A DNA stretch of 64,000 bases from Vicugna vicugna (lineage: Eukaryota). The stretch spans positions 1,004,335 through 1,068,334 of the forward strand of contig MU057521.1 in NCBI GenBank assembly GCA_013265495.1. Direction: 5' to 3'. This document shows, one piece after another, positions 1 through 14,400 of this stretch. Numbering within the stretch: position 1 is the stretch's first letter; each line of letters opens with the position of its first letter. The notes beneath the pieces are model-generated. The model was not told the origin of the DNA. It saw only the letters and a program-made list of their open reading frames with translations, and searched no databases. A program made the position numbers and the translations under genes.

Positions 1-2744
1 GAATAATTCCACATTTTAAACGTTTTCTGAAAGACCCTCTATGGCCTAGTTTTCTGACTCATAGCATAGTTCTATTGACGGCTGACCACATGCACGATGT
101 AAAAGCAGAACACATTCTTTTGTGTACCGAGCCACCCGCCTCTTTTCCGGAGGCCGCTGTCATTTCTTTAACAAGCCTGGCAGCTGTCAGACTCGGGCCA
201 AGAGTCACAGGGGCTTTGTTTCCCCGGAGACTTGTTTTCACAAAAATTAGGACCCGCGGGAGGCTCTTCTTTGACCGATTCCTTCCTTCGTGGCAAAAGG
301 TCAAATGCTTGACTATTGAGTGCCTTCCTGGGTGAGCTTCACCGAGTCATTTTCTGTTTCCTGACTGGTGCTGGCAACACCCATCAACAACCACCTGACT
401 CCACAGAATGAAAGTGGCTTCGTTGGGTTTTCCTCCCAAATGTCCTACGTTTTAAGGCTCAGACCTGGCCGGGCACCTGCCGACCTGCTCTGTGGGAAAG
501 ATGTTAGAGTGGCCCACGTGGGCTTGTCCCAGGGGTCCCTTGCTAACCATTCCTGAGTGGCTGGGAAAACTATTTTCTTTTCAACTCATGCACTCCCTAA
601 CAGACAAACCAGCTCCAGCTAGAAATGACTTGGGTCCACGGTGTGTTTCTAGCCATTTTCACTGATTTCTCAAGTCAAGCCTCACCAAATTAGATACAAA
701 CTTTCTTCAGAATTGCCACTATTGTTCAAAAGCCTATAGAGTATTCTAGGTGGCTAAAAAGCACAGAGTGTAGAACTCTACAGAGCACAAAGGATGTTAC
801 CATTTTGTGTGAAAACCAAAGTCCAATTCATGAGCAAACTTCCTTTATAAAATCTCAACTAATCTGAAGCGTTATGAGTAACAGAACACTGAAATCATAC
901 AAACCAGACCCTTCCGCCATCCTTCACGTGGTAAAGGGCAGTCACCATCTCGATCCGGAGCAACAGCCACACTAGCTCTGGTGTGTTTGTGTGTTTTGGG
1001 TACTTGTTTTGTTGTTCGTGTGTGAGAAGCATGTTCGGGTCTGCAGTATATTCACAGCAGCACATTTTACCTAGAAGGTAAGCTTCTGTCTCTAAATCTC
1101 TAGCACAAACGGTCCAACCAATTATTCATCTTGCATCTGCCCAGTAACACTGGGGTTTATGACAGCGTAAGACACAGGACAGCATGGGTCTGTGGGTCAC
1201 ATGTGCTTAAAATTTGTATCTCCACTGAGGGCAGTTCGATGCAGGGAAACTTGATTTCTCAAGGGAACATGCAAAATGCATTTCATCCTACTTTTTACAT
1301 CTCTGATGACCTTGAGATAGTCACAATGGCTTTGCAAAAAGGCATTTATTCACCTACTCACCCTAGTGATGAACAATTTATGTAGGGCAAGTAACAAAGT
1401 ACGTATTTCATTCATTTTACTCCCTCTGTTCCTCCAGGGGCCACAAGAGGATCTGACGGCAGAAAAATGTTGGTGACATTTTTATGCAAGTAGAGCAGCT
1501 GGGTTAAGATGATTTTCTTACTCATTTATAGAGATGACAGTTTGGGCTGTGCTGTGGAAGAAGGGAAATGCTTGGGATCTCAGATAAAACCCAGTGAGAC
1601 AATGAGGATGGCTCTGAAAGCCCAACTTCTTGCCAAGCCCACACGCCAGCCCATGCCAGCTGGGCATACGGCACATACCATTCAGGCTGCCACTCAAACC
1701 GACCGGGCCACCTGGGAGCTTTTGTGCTAGAAAACATCAACCTTTCCTCTAATTACGAGCTGAAGTTTGACGTTTATAGTCAAGAAGGGTTTTTTTTTTC
1801 CCTTCCTCTTAAGACAGATTTTGAGAGTTCTTCTATCATTTCGTCTTACATTCATTTGTACTTTCAGTAATTGCCCAGTTTAGGAGATTATCCTCTAAAG
1901 CACTCATACTCCTCACTCTTCGAGAAACCAGCTTCCCATAGCAGAAGCAGCCTGGCTGACGGTCCTCCCAATTAAAACCATTTCCTAATAATCACCTGCA
2001 CGTGGCAAACCTGATCGTAAGCCCCCTCGCTCAAAAATTTAGCCAATGCACATGTGATAATTCTCAATCCAACCATGCTGACTCTTGTTCTTGGCTTTTT
2101 CCTAAGCTTAAAAAAAAAAACCCAAAGAAACCCGAAGACTATCTTGGAAAGTGGCTACAATATTATGAAATTAAAAAGTCAAGGGTATAAGAATCAGTAC
2201 CGAAGAGCAGACCACTTCTGTCTACCCACTTCTCCTCCCCCTCTACCCACAGCATCTGTGCAGTCTCATCTAATCCAGTCTCGGCCTGACCTCAGGTCTT
2301 GGTTAATGCTGTTCCTGCTGCAAGGAACTTTCTTTTCTACCTCCTTGGCTGGACAGCTCTTTAGGATAGAGGTTGAGGTGGGGTGAAAGTTGGTCCCAAA
2401 ACGCCAACGCACTCTCAGAGCACTCTCCTTCCTTTGCCTCCCACGCTTCTCCCATGTAATTCCTTATGTGATGTTTGCCTGAGTGGAAGCCCCCTGAGGA
2501 CTTGGCGCCACCTACCAACACAGAGCACCCCACAGGCATGCACCATACTTCCTGGTAAACCTGTAGAAACATTCATGAAAGAGGCATCAGGCATGGAAAT
2601 ACTAGCACTGCTCACCTCTTCTGGCTTCAGTAAGAAGCCAGACAAAGCAATGTACTGGCATCCAGAAGCACTAACCTACCTGAAGAGAGAACTTCGCTTG
2701 GACAGAGCTGATGCCCCTGGACCTGGGACATTCACTAATCCACA

Positions 2745-2930
2745 TCGGAAACTCGACTCTTACGATTAATTAGCTACAGGCTTCTGCAAGTCATTTACCC
2801 TCCCTGGTTTCAACTTCCTCGTCTATTAATCAGGAACAACAACACCCACCTCGAAATATTGTTTCAAGGATTAAATGGGTGAGGGAGGTTTCCAGCCCAG
2901 TAGCCAGCATATAATAGCTGTTCAAGAAAC
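2745..2930 (+). mobile_element. MIR SINE fragment
   Basis: gcaagtcatttaccctccctggtttcaacttcctcgtctat...aggattaaatg resembles the MIR core. Confidence 0.6.
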
Positions 2931-3514
2931 ACTGGCGATCTTTCTCTGACTCATAGTCTAACTTCACTTTGAGATCAACTGTGACATTGTCAACAAGAGA
3001 ACAGAACTTTCAGAAATAAATAGAGAGAAGTGGAGAGAAGAGCACAAGGCAGAGATGCCAGAACAACGTCTGAAAGCAAAAACATACCTAAAAGGGCAGA
3101 AAAGCTTCCACACACAAGCAAATTGGGGCTTTGCTAAATGAGCTCTTTCCATTTGCATGAGGCCTGCTTTTGTGGCTGCCTTGAAACTCTCATTGCATGA
3201 TGCCACAACACGCAGCTCTGCTCTAAAAAGGTTCGGTGTAGTTCAAGTCAGGCTAGGAAAACAGTGCCAAAAGTCTCTTGGCTCCGAATAAATTCCCACA
3301 AGTGTCCCGAATCTGTTAAGTATGCAAAGATGGTTTTGCATCAATGGAAAATATAGGCATTGCATATTCTGCCTGGAGGCTCACTCTCAAAATCACTATG
3401 GCCGTGGTATAAACATTTCTTTTTCTTAAAACACACCACCGAGAAAGCCAGCCACCAAGGGTGATATAATTTGAAACTAAAAACTACCATTCAGACATTG
3501 ACAACGGTCACACA

Positions 3515-4666
3515 TTGAGATTACCACTGGGGTTTCTCACAGACTCGTCAAAGTTAACATGTCCAGAGTGGAATTCTTGGTCTCCCCCAACCCACCCCAA
3601 AACTTGCTCTTCCCACAGTCCTGGCAACTACATCCTTCCAGCAGCTCAAGGCAAAACCCTTAGCCCTATTCAGATCTCCTCTCTCGGCCACACTTCATAT
3701 TCCCTCTACCCCACCAGCTTCGCCTTTTTTAAAAGGTCCTAAATCTCACCACTTCTCTCTACAACTGCCCCCACCCTGGTCCAGGCCACCACCCCTCTCA
3801 CCAGGACCATTAGCAACATCTTGGTCTGGCTCCCTGCCCCCTTCTTTGCTCCTACAATCTGCTCTCGGTACTGCATCCAGAGTGATGGTGTGACAATAAG
3901 AGCAGAAGACGAACTTTCTCCCAGAAGAGAACAGAGGTGGGGAGGGATAAATTGGGAGTTTGGAATTTGCAGATACTAACTACTATATATAAAGCAGATA
4001 AACAAGGTCCCACTGCATAGCGCAGGGAGCTATACTCAATACCTTGTAATGGCCTATAATGAAAAAGAATATAAAAATGAAAATACATACACGTATAAAT
4101 GAATCACTACACTGTACACCAGAAATTAACACAACATTGTAAATCAACTATACTTCAATAAAAAAAAAAAATCAGAGCAAGCTACAATAACCATCTTCCC
4201 CAAGCCCCACAATAGTCACTCATGTTACAAGAAGTAAAACCAAAGTTCTTGCCCTGGCCCACGGGGCTCTGAGCCATCTGGCCCCATTGTACACTAGGGC
4301 CCCCTCCCCTTGCCCACCCTTGCTCCCTCCAACCCAGGTACATTATTCCCTCTGCCTAGAATCTCTTTTCTCATATATGGTTATGTCTTTCCTCACCTCC
4401 TTCAAGTCTGTGCTCAAACGTCACCCTCTTAAGATGGCCTCCCTTGACTGCCTTCTCACAAATGGCAACACCTCCCAGCAACCTTCACCTGCTTCTTTGG
4501 TTATTTTTCTCTGCATACGTACCATCTTCTAACACCTTATGTCAGTTACCTGTTTTATTTTGCATGGAGTCGCCTTCTAACTCCCCAGAACATGAGCTCC
4601 CTGTGTGTCTTACTCGGGACAGTATCCCCAGCATCTAGAAGTGTGTCAGGCACATACTAGGCACGC
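3515..4666 (+). mobile_element. L2 (LINE-2) 3' region, interrupted by an L1 fragment
   Basis: L2 motifs aacatgtccagagtggaattc, ccaggccaccacccctctcacc, ccagagtgat, then cacctccttcaagtctgtgctcaaacgtcacc and the 3' end ccccagcatctagaagtgtgtcaggcacatactaggcac. Confidence 0.75.
3934..4171 (+). mobile_element. 5'-truncated L1 3' UTR (cetartiodactyl/camelid type) with poly(A)
   Basis: gggagggataaattgggagtttgg...ctgtacaccagaaattaacacaacattgtaaatcaactatacttcaataaaaaaaaaaaa. Confidence 0.88.
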
Positions 4667-5029
4667 GACTGAAACACTGCCCGTGGGCATTGGCCACTAA
4701 AGCCCAAGGAGTTGGCAGAAGAACAGGCTCTTACTGACTCTGTCCCATCACACTGGTTGGTTTCTAGGTTTTTCAATATTTTGCAAGAGATATCAACGTT
4801 CCCACACGTTTTCTGACCATTAATAATTATACCACATGTTCGAACGATTCCATATTCTAAGAGAGAAACTTATATGTCATATATAGTCAAAGAAAGAAGT
4901 TAATACCATTCCTCTACCATCATTTTCCCCCAAATAACACTGGAAGTCAGTAACAAAATAGCAAGCAATACCCATATGCTTACCATTTAAATATAGCAAC
5001 CCTGTAGTGCGTGGCCTAAGCTGGACACA

Positions 5030-5455
5030 GCTACATTTTCCTAAGGAGTATTTGAAAGGACCTAAAGAAGGGAATGTCTGCAGGTCTGTGCAGGGTTGAG
5101 GGTCCTATCAGGACCCCTAGGGATTAGGAACAGTGGAAGACACCACCACCACCAGGACTGAAGGGCACAGGAGGGAGCTGTCACCAGAATCAGTAACTAA
5201 GCTTATGGTCATGGAACTCAGAACAGGGCCTACCCAGCAGGAGCTAAGAGAGAGGTAGGGAAATGGGGCTCAGGTAAAGGAGGGGGCAGCCAGGTGAGGC
5301 TGAGAGAAATGTTTTGACCTCTCTTGTCCTTCCATCTCCCGTCAGTGGCCCAACCCAACCTGAAGCCAGAGGGCAAGGAAGCTGGGGTGATGGAGCCCAA
5401 GAAGGTCTTGGAAGATGGGAGAATGATCTGGAGGGATGGAGAGTGTCCAGCATAG
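5030..5455 (-). mobile_element. Ancient ERVL LTR (LTR33-like)
   Basis: ccaacctgaagccagagggcaaggaagctggggtgatg...gatctggagggatggagagtgtccagca resembles the LTR33 terminus. Confidence 0.55.
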
Positions 5456-6414
5456 TCTTGTTAGCCAATGCAGATCCTGGGTCTAGTCCAGAGAGGAGCA
5501 TGGAAGGGGAGGCTGGAGGGGGCCATGAGCTTTCCTTACTTCCCCTCACTGGGCGCTGTTGATTGATCTACTAAGACTTAGGAACCACATCTTTGGAGGG
5601 AAGTCCCTGCCCACCCCACCCCCCCCATGAGGGGTTAACAGCTCATAACTGAAGTACTAAGTCCCTTGTCCAAAGCAGATGATCTTTAGCACCAAACAGA
5701 GAAAAACTGAGATGCAACTGCTATGTGGTATGGCCAGACAGTTTCAAGACAATCTCCATTCCTGATGCCTTGAGGTTGAGCCTGAAGATTCCCCTAGACC
5801 CATGATGACAGTTTTGAGAGCCCTGCTCTCCCTTCCAAAGTTATTTCAAATGCATAATAAGTGACCAATCACTGAGCAGTTATAGCAGATACCCACAAAG
5901 CTCTAGATGTCACTAGCTCTCACTCCTCCCGACAGCCACACAAAGGAAGGATTCGTTGCTGAGTTGAAGAAGTAACCTGCCCAAAGTGACCTCTGAGCAG
6001 ACGCCGAAGCCTGTACAGTTTTCCAAAATAGCGAAAGAAAAGTTTTAGAACTGAATCAAATTGAAAATTCGTAAACCACTGATTTCAGATTATCCAAAAC
6101 AAAAAGGATTTCTCCATCATCCATGCAACTAAATTGATGTAGGTGGTGCAAATGTGTAGACTGAGACTTCATCAGATGAGGTGGAGGTGCACTCAGCTTC
6201 TGGACTAAGTTCTATCAGTGATTTACTTTGTGACCTTAGGCAATTCTCAGTTTCTCAGCAGCTCAGTGTCCTTAACGCCAAGATAAATATGACACTCCCT
6301 CATCCAAACCTGTCAGGGACAAACTGGGGTGAATTAGCTAATGTATCTTTCCTGTCTCCTTCGGAGGTTCTTCTTTCCCAACCCTCTAACTGTGGATTTT
6401 GCCCAAGGCAGTAA

Positions 6415-6690
6415 TTCATAGTATGGAAAGCACGTCTGAGTCAGACCCTTCTGGAATCAAAACCTTCCACTGATGAGCCATTTGAACTTGGACAACGTAT
6501 CCAACCCTGTCATGCCTAAGTGCCCCTCCTCTGTAAAAACAGAAAGCTAAGAAATCACAACCTCATACAACTGCTGGGCGATAAAACGAGAATATGTGTG
6601 CAAAGCCCTCAGGATATTGTCTGGCACAGAATAAACGCTGGAAAGCAGAATGCAGTCATTACCATCATTATCATCCTCATTATCATTTTT
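6415..6690 (+). mobile_element. MIR SINE (near full length)
   Basis: gagtcagacc...cttggacaa...cctcctctgtaaaa...gtgcaaagccctcagg...ctggcacag...attatcatc. Confidence 0.7.
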
Positions 6691-7719
6691 CATAGGCAGT
6701 TCTAAGTGGGATTGGTAAAAGCACAAAATTTCTGAGCATTCTCTATAATTTTTCTGTGTCCTTAAAACAATTCTCTTTTTCAGTCTGGAAAAGTGGAGTT
6801 GAAAATAACACAAATGGCTATTATGATCACCACCAAACTTGATCAATAGCTCTAATCACCGATGACACTCATGTTGCTAAAAAGCAGGGCTACATAGACT
6901 TGATGAGAGGGCCAGAAATTCGCACCGAGGGAAACCTTGGGAAAACAGGGTTTCATTTGGGACCACTTTCTATGAAAAAGGTATAAATTCATGACAGTAA
7001 AGTAAACCTGTTTGTGAATGGTACCAAAAATAAGTTTAAAAATAAACAATTTCAAGAACCATAATAGACCCAAAATGCTTCTCTGAGCTCAGGGATCTGG
7101 TGAAAGCTTCCTAGCATCCACACTGCAAGAAACCCACCCCTCAGCTGTGAGGTCCCCTAGGACTCAGGGAGCTCCGTCCGGGCAGGGACCACGGACCCCT
7201 GACAGCAGGCACAGCATCAGGCCAAAGGAAATGCCCAATCAGCATGCTTGCTTTGACACGTGATTGACTATATGGCCAATCAGATCAGAGAACCGTGTCC
7301 ACTCCCCAGGGGACCACTTCAAGCATCAGCAACGTTCCAATGACCTTCCCCTGCCCTGGTCCCTAAGATCATGGACTGATGCCCGCAATTATATGAAACA
7401 TCTTACTCTGGTTGATGCAGATAAACCATTCGAAGTCTTACATTTCTGATCTATCAGAAACAAACAGGTTTTACTCGCCCAGTCCTTCTCCATCACCATT
7501 TTGTATCAATATTTTAAATCAACCTGTCAAACCATTTGAGCTCCTGACAAGATTATCTACTTTGCATAACCGCTGTATCCATGGTGTACTTCCTAAAAGT
7601 AGTAGCTGTCCAATAAATACTTATTGAAGGGAGAGGAGGAAGGAAAAGAGGAAGAAAAAAATATCCACACTCCTGAGCTTCCCCAGATTCAAGGAGAAGA
7701 GGCCATGGTGACAGACCCA

Positions 7720-7910
7720 GATCAGTGCCAGGTTTTCTACGTGCCTTTCACAATCCTTACAACAGCCCTATGTAAAAGTACCTTATTCGTCCATTTTACA
7801 GATGTCAAAACTGAGGTACAGAGAGGTTAAATCATTTCCTGAGTATCTCCCTGACAGTAAGTTTCAGAGCCAAGGTCTAAACTGAGACAATGAAACCCAG
7901 CGCTGCACTC
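7720..7910 (-). mobile_element. MIR SINE
   Basis: ccattttacagatgtcaaaactgaggtacagagaggttaaatcattt is the reverse MIR core. Confidence 0.8.
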
Positions 7911-8866
7911 AAGTACTGCCCCCCTGTCAAGACACCCAAGTCCACCTAGGGCAGCCGTAAGTAGTCCAGCATTCGTGTTTCCATTTGGATGAGAAAGTTA
8001 AACCCAACCGAGTAAATGGCCAGTAAGAAATCACATGACTTTCAGAGGTCCTTGAGCCAGTGCCTCCACTTGGTCACCTAGAACCCTAAAAAATAAGGAC
8101 ACCAACTGTTCCAATCCTGAGGATACAGAGCTTAGGCTACAGGCTTTCTGGCATCCGTGTAACTTCAGTGCAGACTTCCCACTCAAAATACAATACCACC
8201 ACTGCACAGCACCTTGTGATTTATAAAAAGTTTTATCTGTAATACCCTCCCTGTGACATACCTAAGGCAGATAACATCACCTGCTGTCAGAGGCCAGGCC
8301 ACCCTCAGTGACAGGTGGCCCAGAGATGCCCTTGGCAGCACATGACAGCTCAAAGCACCCAGGAACACAGGGAGGCAGCAACGGCAACTTTCCACGCTGC
8401 CCTCACAGCCTCTGACGACGGTGGTTCCAAAAGAAGAAATTCCAAAATGATTATTTTCTCCTCCAGACCAGAGACGTGAGGACATACGACATAAGTAAAA
8501 ACAATATTAATCGATCCTGAGGGGGCTCAACCATTTGAGGAGAAAGCCTCAACATCTTCCTTTTCTCCTTCCAACTATTGTTTTTAAAAACCTTTGAGCT
8601 CTATGGGGAGAAAAGTGCTTTTTGAAATTGTTTGCCACCACGCACACCAATCTATTTGCCGAGTGTCTCAGGAGTGTTGGCTAACTCATGCTTTCGTATT
8701 TCCTGCTGGAAACACGCTACAGCTCACAAACTGATATGCTAATATCTTTGAAAGAGATGACATCAAGTCCTTGGCAGGACATTTCTCGCTAAACTCAAAG
8801 GAACATCTAGATTCATCAGGCTTTAAAGAGAATTGATTTAAAATCTTAGCAGACACAGCCCCTCTG

Positions 8867-9033
8867 CAGTGGGTCTCAGCCTGGGCTGCAGGCTACAGTC
8901 ACCAGGGGAGTTTCACTTTCAGGTTCTATCCGCCAAAGTTCTGATTTAATCGTCCTGGGGTGCCGACCGGACATCGGTACTTTTAAAAGATTCCCCCATG
9001 ACTCTGATGAACACCCCAGGTTGAGACCCACGG
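8867..9033. mobile_element. MER5A-like hAT-Charlie DNA transposon (MITE)
   Basis: Terminal inverted repeats cagtgggtctcagcctgg / ccaggttgagacccacgg; internal ttctgatttaat...ctggggtg. Confidence 0.8.
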
Positions 9034-9356
9034 GTGCAGAAAGTAAGGGGCACACCTGTCTGCTCACCTAAAAAGTGACTCACAGCTGTTAATGACCATG
9101 AACAACTTCACAGCTGAGAATTATTTGACAACGTGGATTTCAATGTTCAGACACAATCTGTTCACTGTATAATTAAAAAGTCCTGATTCTTGTTCTCCTG
9201 GTCTTCCTGCCAGACCTTGACCACCTTAACCTGGAAATCCAGATGAATACAAAAATTAGTTTTAAAAGTACTTGCATCTATGGAGCACTTTGAGATTTAC
9301 AAGCATATAAATACAAAGTCACATTTAACCATGACAAGAACTATAAGGCTGGCACA

Positions 9357-9710
9357 CGCATTAGTTTCCTATTGCTGCTGTGTGTGGCAAATTATCTTAA
9401 GTTTAGTGGCTGACAACAACATGAGTTATTTTTGTAATTCTCAAGGTCAGACGGGGAGAATCTGACTTTTTCAGCTTTTCAGAGACCACCTGGAGTCCTT
9501 GGCTCGTGGCTTCTTCCTCACAGCCTCTACTGCCTCCATCTTACAAGGAAGGACCCCTGCGATTACCCACCCAGATAATCCAGGATAATCTTTCCATTTC
9601 CAGATCCTCAATCACCTCTGCAGAGTCCCTTGTGCCATGTAAGGTAACATTCAAGGGTTCCAGGGCTTAGGACAAGGGCACCTTTGGGGGCCAATATCCA
9701 GCCTAACACA
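9357..9710 (-). mobile_element. MaLR solo LTR (MLT1D-like)
   Basis: attagtttcctattgctgc...cccagataatccaggataatct...gccatgtaaggtaacatt...ggggccaatatccagcctaacaca. Confidence 0.82.
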
Positions 9711-11309
9711 TAGTAAAGCAAACATCACCACCATGACCAATATGCCCATTCCCTCTGCCCACCGCCTTCACTTTTCAACTGAAACTGAGGCTCAAGGATG
9801 CATGACTTAACCAGGCTCCACGTCTGGGATGGAGCTGAATTTAAGTCTGACCTCATAATTCCAAGCTCCACTCCTTTCGGCCACTCCTGTTGCCTCCCCA
9901 GATAAGGCAATGTTTGCAATATTATTTTCTTTCCTGGGCTCTCACCATACTGTTCACAAGAAGTGTTTGAACTCTGCCCTAATCGTTATCTCTGCTCCTC
10001 AGTCAGTAGATACCACGTGGAAACTTCCACTTCTACACACTCCCTCTGGTACACTTGCCTCAAGTCAGACCCCTTCCCTATGGTCCGGCGGAACCAGCAA
10101 GGGCATTGAGGCAGCAATCCATTATACGATGTTGTACGATGTCACATCTGAGAGATTAGACACACAAGAAAGTATATGGAGGAGGAAAAGCCAGCTCTCA
10201 GATTCGAGAGAGCAAAGCAATCTGAATTTGCTAAGACCTACACATACCAGTAACTGTCCCAAGAAAAATGCACAATAGGTGACGTCCATCTCCTCCATGT
10301 TTGAAATAATCTATTTCAAATACACAGGAAACTGTTCTCTTGGTGATTTCCCAAGATTCCTTTCTCTCTTGCTCTCAAGAGAAGGAACTAGTGAGGACTG
10401 AGGGGGTGGGATTTAGTGCCTCAGTTAGTGGCCCTCTGGAATGTGGTGTGATTTCAGCTGGGGTAATCAGAAAGCAGTGGGCAAGGCTTCCTACAAGAAG
10501 GATTTTCTAACATGATGCTCACACTTCCCTTGGTTCCCTGGAGATTTCCCATCCCCTCGCCATCCCCCCTCCCCCCACCACCTCACTTGCACATCATGGA
10601 GTAAAGAACCAGGGGCTGGATCCCAGTCACTTTAACAACAGGAAAAAATAAACAAACCAAGCAAACCTCACTGCCAAGCTTACACCTTGCCTGTGTCTGT
10701 GCTCAATCTCATGTGAGAATGGTGGTGAAGAGAAAAAACAAAACAAAAAGCGAAACGCAACTGGTATAATACCAGCAAGTTACATGATTTTCCTGACCAA
10801 GATAATTCATTGTCTCTGTCCCCAAAAGTATCAAATAACAGCCAACAGGGTTTGTCAAGGTCACGTGGAAGAATTCAAACAACCAAAATATTACATTTTA
10901 AATAAGCAAATGTGGTGGGGAGAAGGTGTGCTGGATTACATTTTGTGGCTTGTGTTCATGCCAAATCCATGCTTTAAAGCTATAATCTTATACAATTAGA
11001 ACCAACATTTAGAATGATTCTAAGGGAACAGTAAGATTCCCTGACATTTAAGAGTCAGTTCAGGTCACTATTTCAGAAAAGTGAACCAATGTACTATGCA
11101 AAGATTTTCAACAAGGGTAGCATCTTCAGGGAATTCTGGTTTATCAGGAATTAACCATAAACATAATACAATTAGAATGTTCTGGCCCATGTGATGCATT
11201 ATTTTTGTCAATACCATAGCCTCAAAAATAACCTGGCTAAGTTAAAAGAGGGTACACCCACTGAGGATTCCTTACCCCATTCTTTTTATGACCACACAAT
11301 GTTTCCAGG

Positions 11310-11475
11310 TAGTTAAAGAGCCTTGGGTCCTTGTCTCAGCTCTGCCACTAACTTGCTGTACAACCTGGACCAGTCACTCAATTTCTCTGGGTCTCAGGGT
11401 CCTCATTCGTCAGGCGAGAGAGCTGGACAAGATGACCTCCAAGGGCTGCTCCTATTCCAACTCTAAAAGCTTCCA
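11310..11475 (+). mobile_element. MIR/MIR3 SINE
   Basis: ctctgccactaacttgctgtacaacctggaccagtcactcaatttctctgggtctcag...gatgacctccaaggg. Confidence 0.75.
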
Positions 11476-14400
11476 CAGATCCATTAACAAAATTTACTGG
11501 CTGGCTTCTCTTTGAAATTATATTCCAACTGAGCTGGTGAGTAAAAAGATGACAAGGAAGCTGATGTTTGAGACCCTTAACAACTAAAAGCTGGAGAATA
11601 CACATAAGCTGGTGAGCAACATGGTGAAATACACATTGGGTCCCTTTCCTGGGAAAGATGCAAAGCCTGGGAGTCCTAAGAGTTTATTTCAAAGCCCCCC
11701 AAGGGTGCTCTACTTACTTGCAGGAGGCTCCTCTTTGTTCATGCCTCCAGCACTCTGAGCCTCCCAGGTATCGTCTCAGAAGGGATGGGTGAGATGGGGT
11801 TGGGGGGGAGCTTTCCCTGGCATGCAGCTCCCACATGAAACATCATCACTAGGGCTCTTCTGGCCACTGAGCTGAGCTTTCAAGGTCACTGATCCAGGGA
11901 TGGCTATGCACTGGCGCTGGAGATGGAGTGTTTGGGGATTTGCTACACCTTCCTCCTCCTGTCCTTCCTCAGGGTGGGGAAAGGGGGCAACTTTTGTCCT
12001 CTTGGGGGCTTGCAAAATCAGCCAAAGAAAATGAAAAGTGGATTCAAAGAGCTATTGAGCTCTCTCGGGGATTTAGTTCCCTGAACAGCTAACGCCACAG
12101 AACAAATACGCTTGCTTAAGTGGGAGAGTTCAGGGGGAAAAAAAGTGACAGGAAAATTGAGGACTTGCTATAAAACTCATCTCCAAAAAGCCATAATTAT
12201 CACAATAGTGTCACCTGAGCATTATTTACAAACATCCTTCTGCACAATTCCCCATCTTAAAACAACTCTCATCGAGATAGAGTGCTATTACTCAGGATAG
12301 CATTTAAAATTAATTAAGAAGTAAAACAAGGAAAATTCAGCATTTTCCCATCAAAATGCTGGAGTGAATAGGATTAAAATAAATGCAGGGAAATAGGTAC
12401 AAAAGAGAGAGAATCTGACTTTTTGCCTTTGTGCTGATAATTCCCACTGATCAGATGAATAATTAAGTCAGCTTTCAAACACTGTTGTATACATTTTTTG
12501 TTGAATTACCCCCAACACTGTAAGAGGGAAAAAGTGTAGAAATCCTTCTAGTTTACTGATGAGAAAACTGAGGCTTAAGGATATTAAATGGTATGCCCAA
12601 AGTCAAGTCACAATAAAAACCCAGATCACCAAATTGCTTATTTCAATGCCTCCTCCAGGACGCTGCACACTGTGTCCTGGTGATTTTATTTTCTTGGTGA
12701 AACCAAAATAATTTTTATATCAAACGCTGTCCTATATTTTGCCTAGGTCTTGCTTTTGAACTTTCAGGACCTCAAAATATTCTGGTTTCAATCTTGACAA
12801 ATGAAGCAAATTTCCAACAGCCACGTACACGGGGTTTTCTCCACAAGCAGCTGCAGGTAAGAGAATAACCCTCACAGTCTGCCGCTGTTACTGCAGCTGA
12901 CCTCCCAACCTACTGTTTCTTCTTTTAAATGACCAAGCCTGAAAAAAATAAATAAAGTAAAAAATAAGTGACCAAGACTTATGGATCATGGCCATGTTCT
13001 GCTCACACAGGGCACAAAAGGAGCAAATAATTCCACACTCCACTTCCACATCTTCCAGGCCCTGGCCAGCAATCAGAAGTCTGACTGTGGGTCTTTGTTC
13101 ATTCTATTTTTGGACGATACCATATCACAAAACACCTCTCAGCCTGGGCCCTGTTAATCAATAGTCACTTAAAGTAAATTTGTCACGGCAGTGCATTAAA
13201 CATCTACATTCAGCAGTGTTTGCCAAAACGATGCATTAGCCCTGTGATTATAAATAATCAGATAACTAAAACTACAGCAGCAGCAGCAAAAACAACTCCA
13301 GTCAGTGCTGAGAACGGTGGGTATGGGTCTAGCCGTATGGCTGGGATCTCCTCTGCTACTTAATCTATTGAAATAAATGAAGTAGAGCTAAGATCCGGAG
13401 AGGGGCTGGGTAGGGTAAAGGCTCAGCCCCTGACACGGTCTGTCCCAACCTGGAGCTGGGCTGCCTCGGCCCTCTTTTCTCTCAACCGGAATCCCCTCCA
13501 CCCCGCTTTCTAGGATCAGCCCTAACCTTAGTGGAGACATCTGGGTAGTTTCGGCGCAGCCCCCTGGGACCCTGCTCACGTCCCTCTGACGGCCGGCCCG
13601 GCTGTGACTTCCTGCCCAGGGCTCCCCTACCTACACTTGAGCGCTTTCTTGAATCCTTAGCCCTCTGGGTCTGAAGCTCGCTGGGCTCCTGGCTGCTCCT
13701 CCATCCCTCCGTCCACCTGGACCTGCTGTCCCTACATCCCTGGACCCCAGGATCAGGAGACTGTCCCCGATATACTGCCATCTCTGAAAACAGTCTCCAA
13801 TTTTCTCTCCCTCAACTTCCCATTGTAACCAGTCACCCTAAGGGGCCACCCCACATCCCCAACCTTCCTGCAGCTCCTGCATTTTATCTGGAAGGGAGAT
13901 TTCCACCCAGGCCTGTCCACAGCACTCCTTCTGGGACTGGCCAGCCCCAAGAACAAGACCAGCAGCAAGTCAGCCGACCCTCTGCATTTCAGACCTTGTT
14001 CTTACATAAACTGCCTCTGTCAGGACCTAAAATCTACTTATTCATGGAGTCAGAGCTAGTGAATGGCTGTCCTCAGTATCACCCCTAATTACCTGAGACC
14101 TGCCAGTGGCTCGCATACAGCAACCTATTAATTGCCTTGCAGACATCATGATGCAGCAAATTTCACTATTTTCACACAGAGATGAGAAACCTGGGATCCC
14201 ATTTTAACAAGAAATGTGCTTAAATTCAACTGGCAAGACTGGGGCAAAACCAGGGCTAAATGCAGGGTGACCTGGCTTCATTCTTACCGTATGAATTCTA
14301 TTTGAGGGAACTCTGTTTCTCGTGCACTAGGTTGTGTCAATTACCGAGGGCAAGAGGGCCAAGGAGGCACCTTCTAATCCCCGAGGGCTGATCCGATGCC

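Noticed and set aside
10247..10320. Exon-like unit encoding MEEMDVTY... with a 9-bp inverted repeat over the acceptor
   Set aside because: Weak polypyrimidine tract and unrecognised peptide; cannot be told from a pseudoexon.
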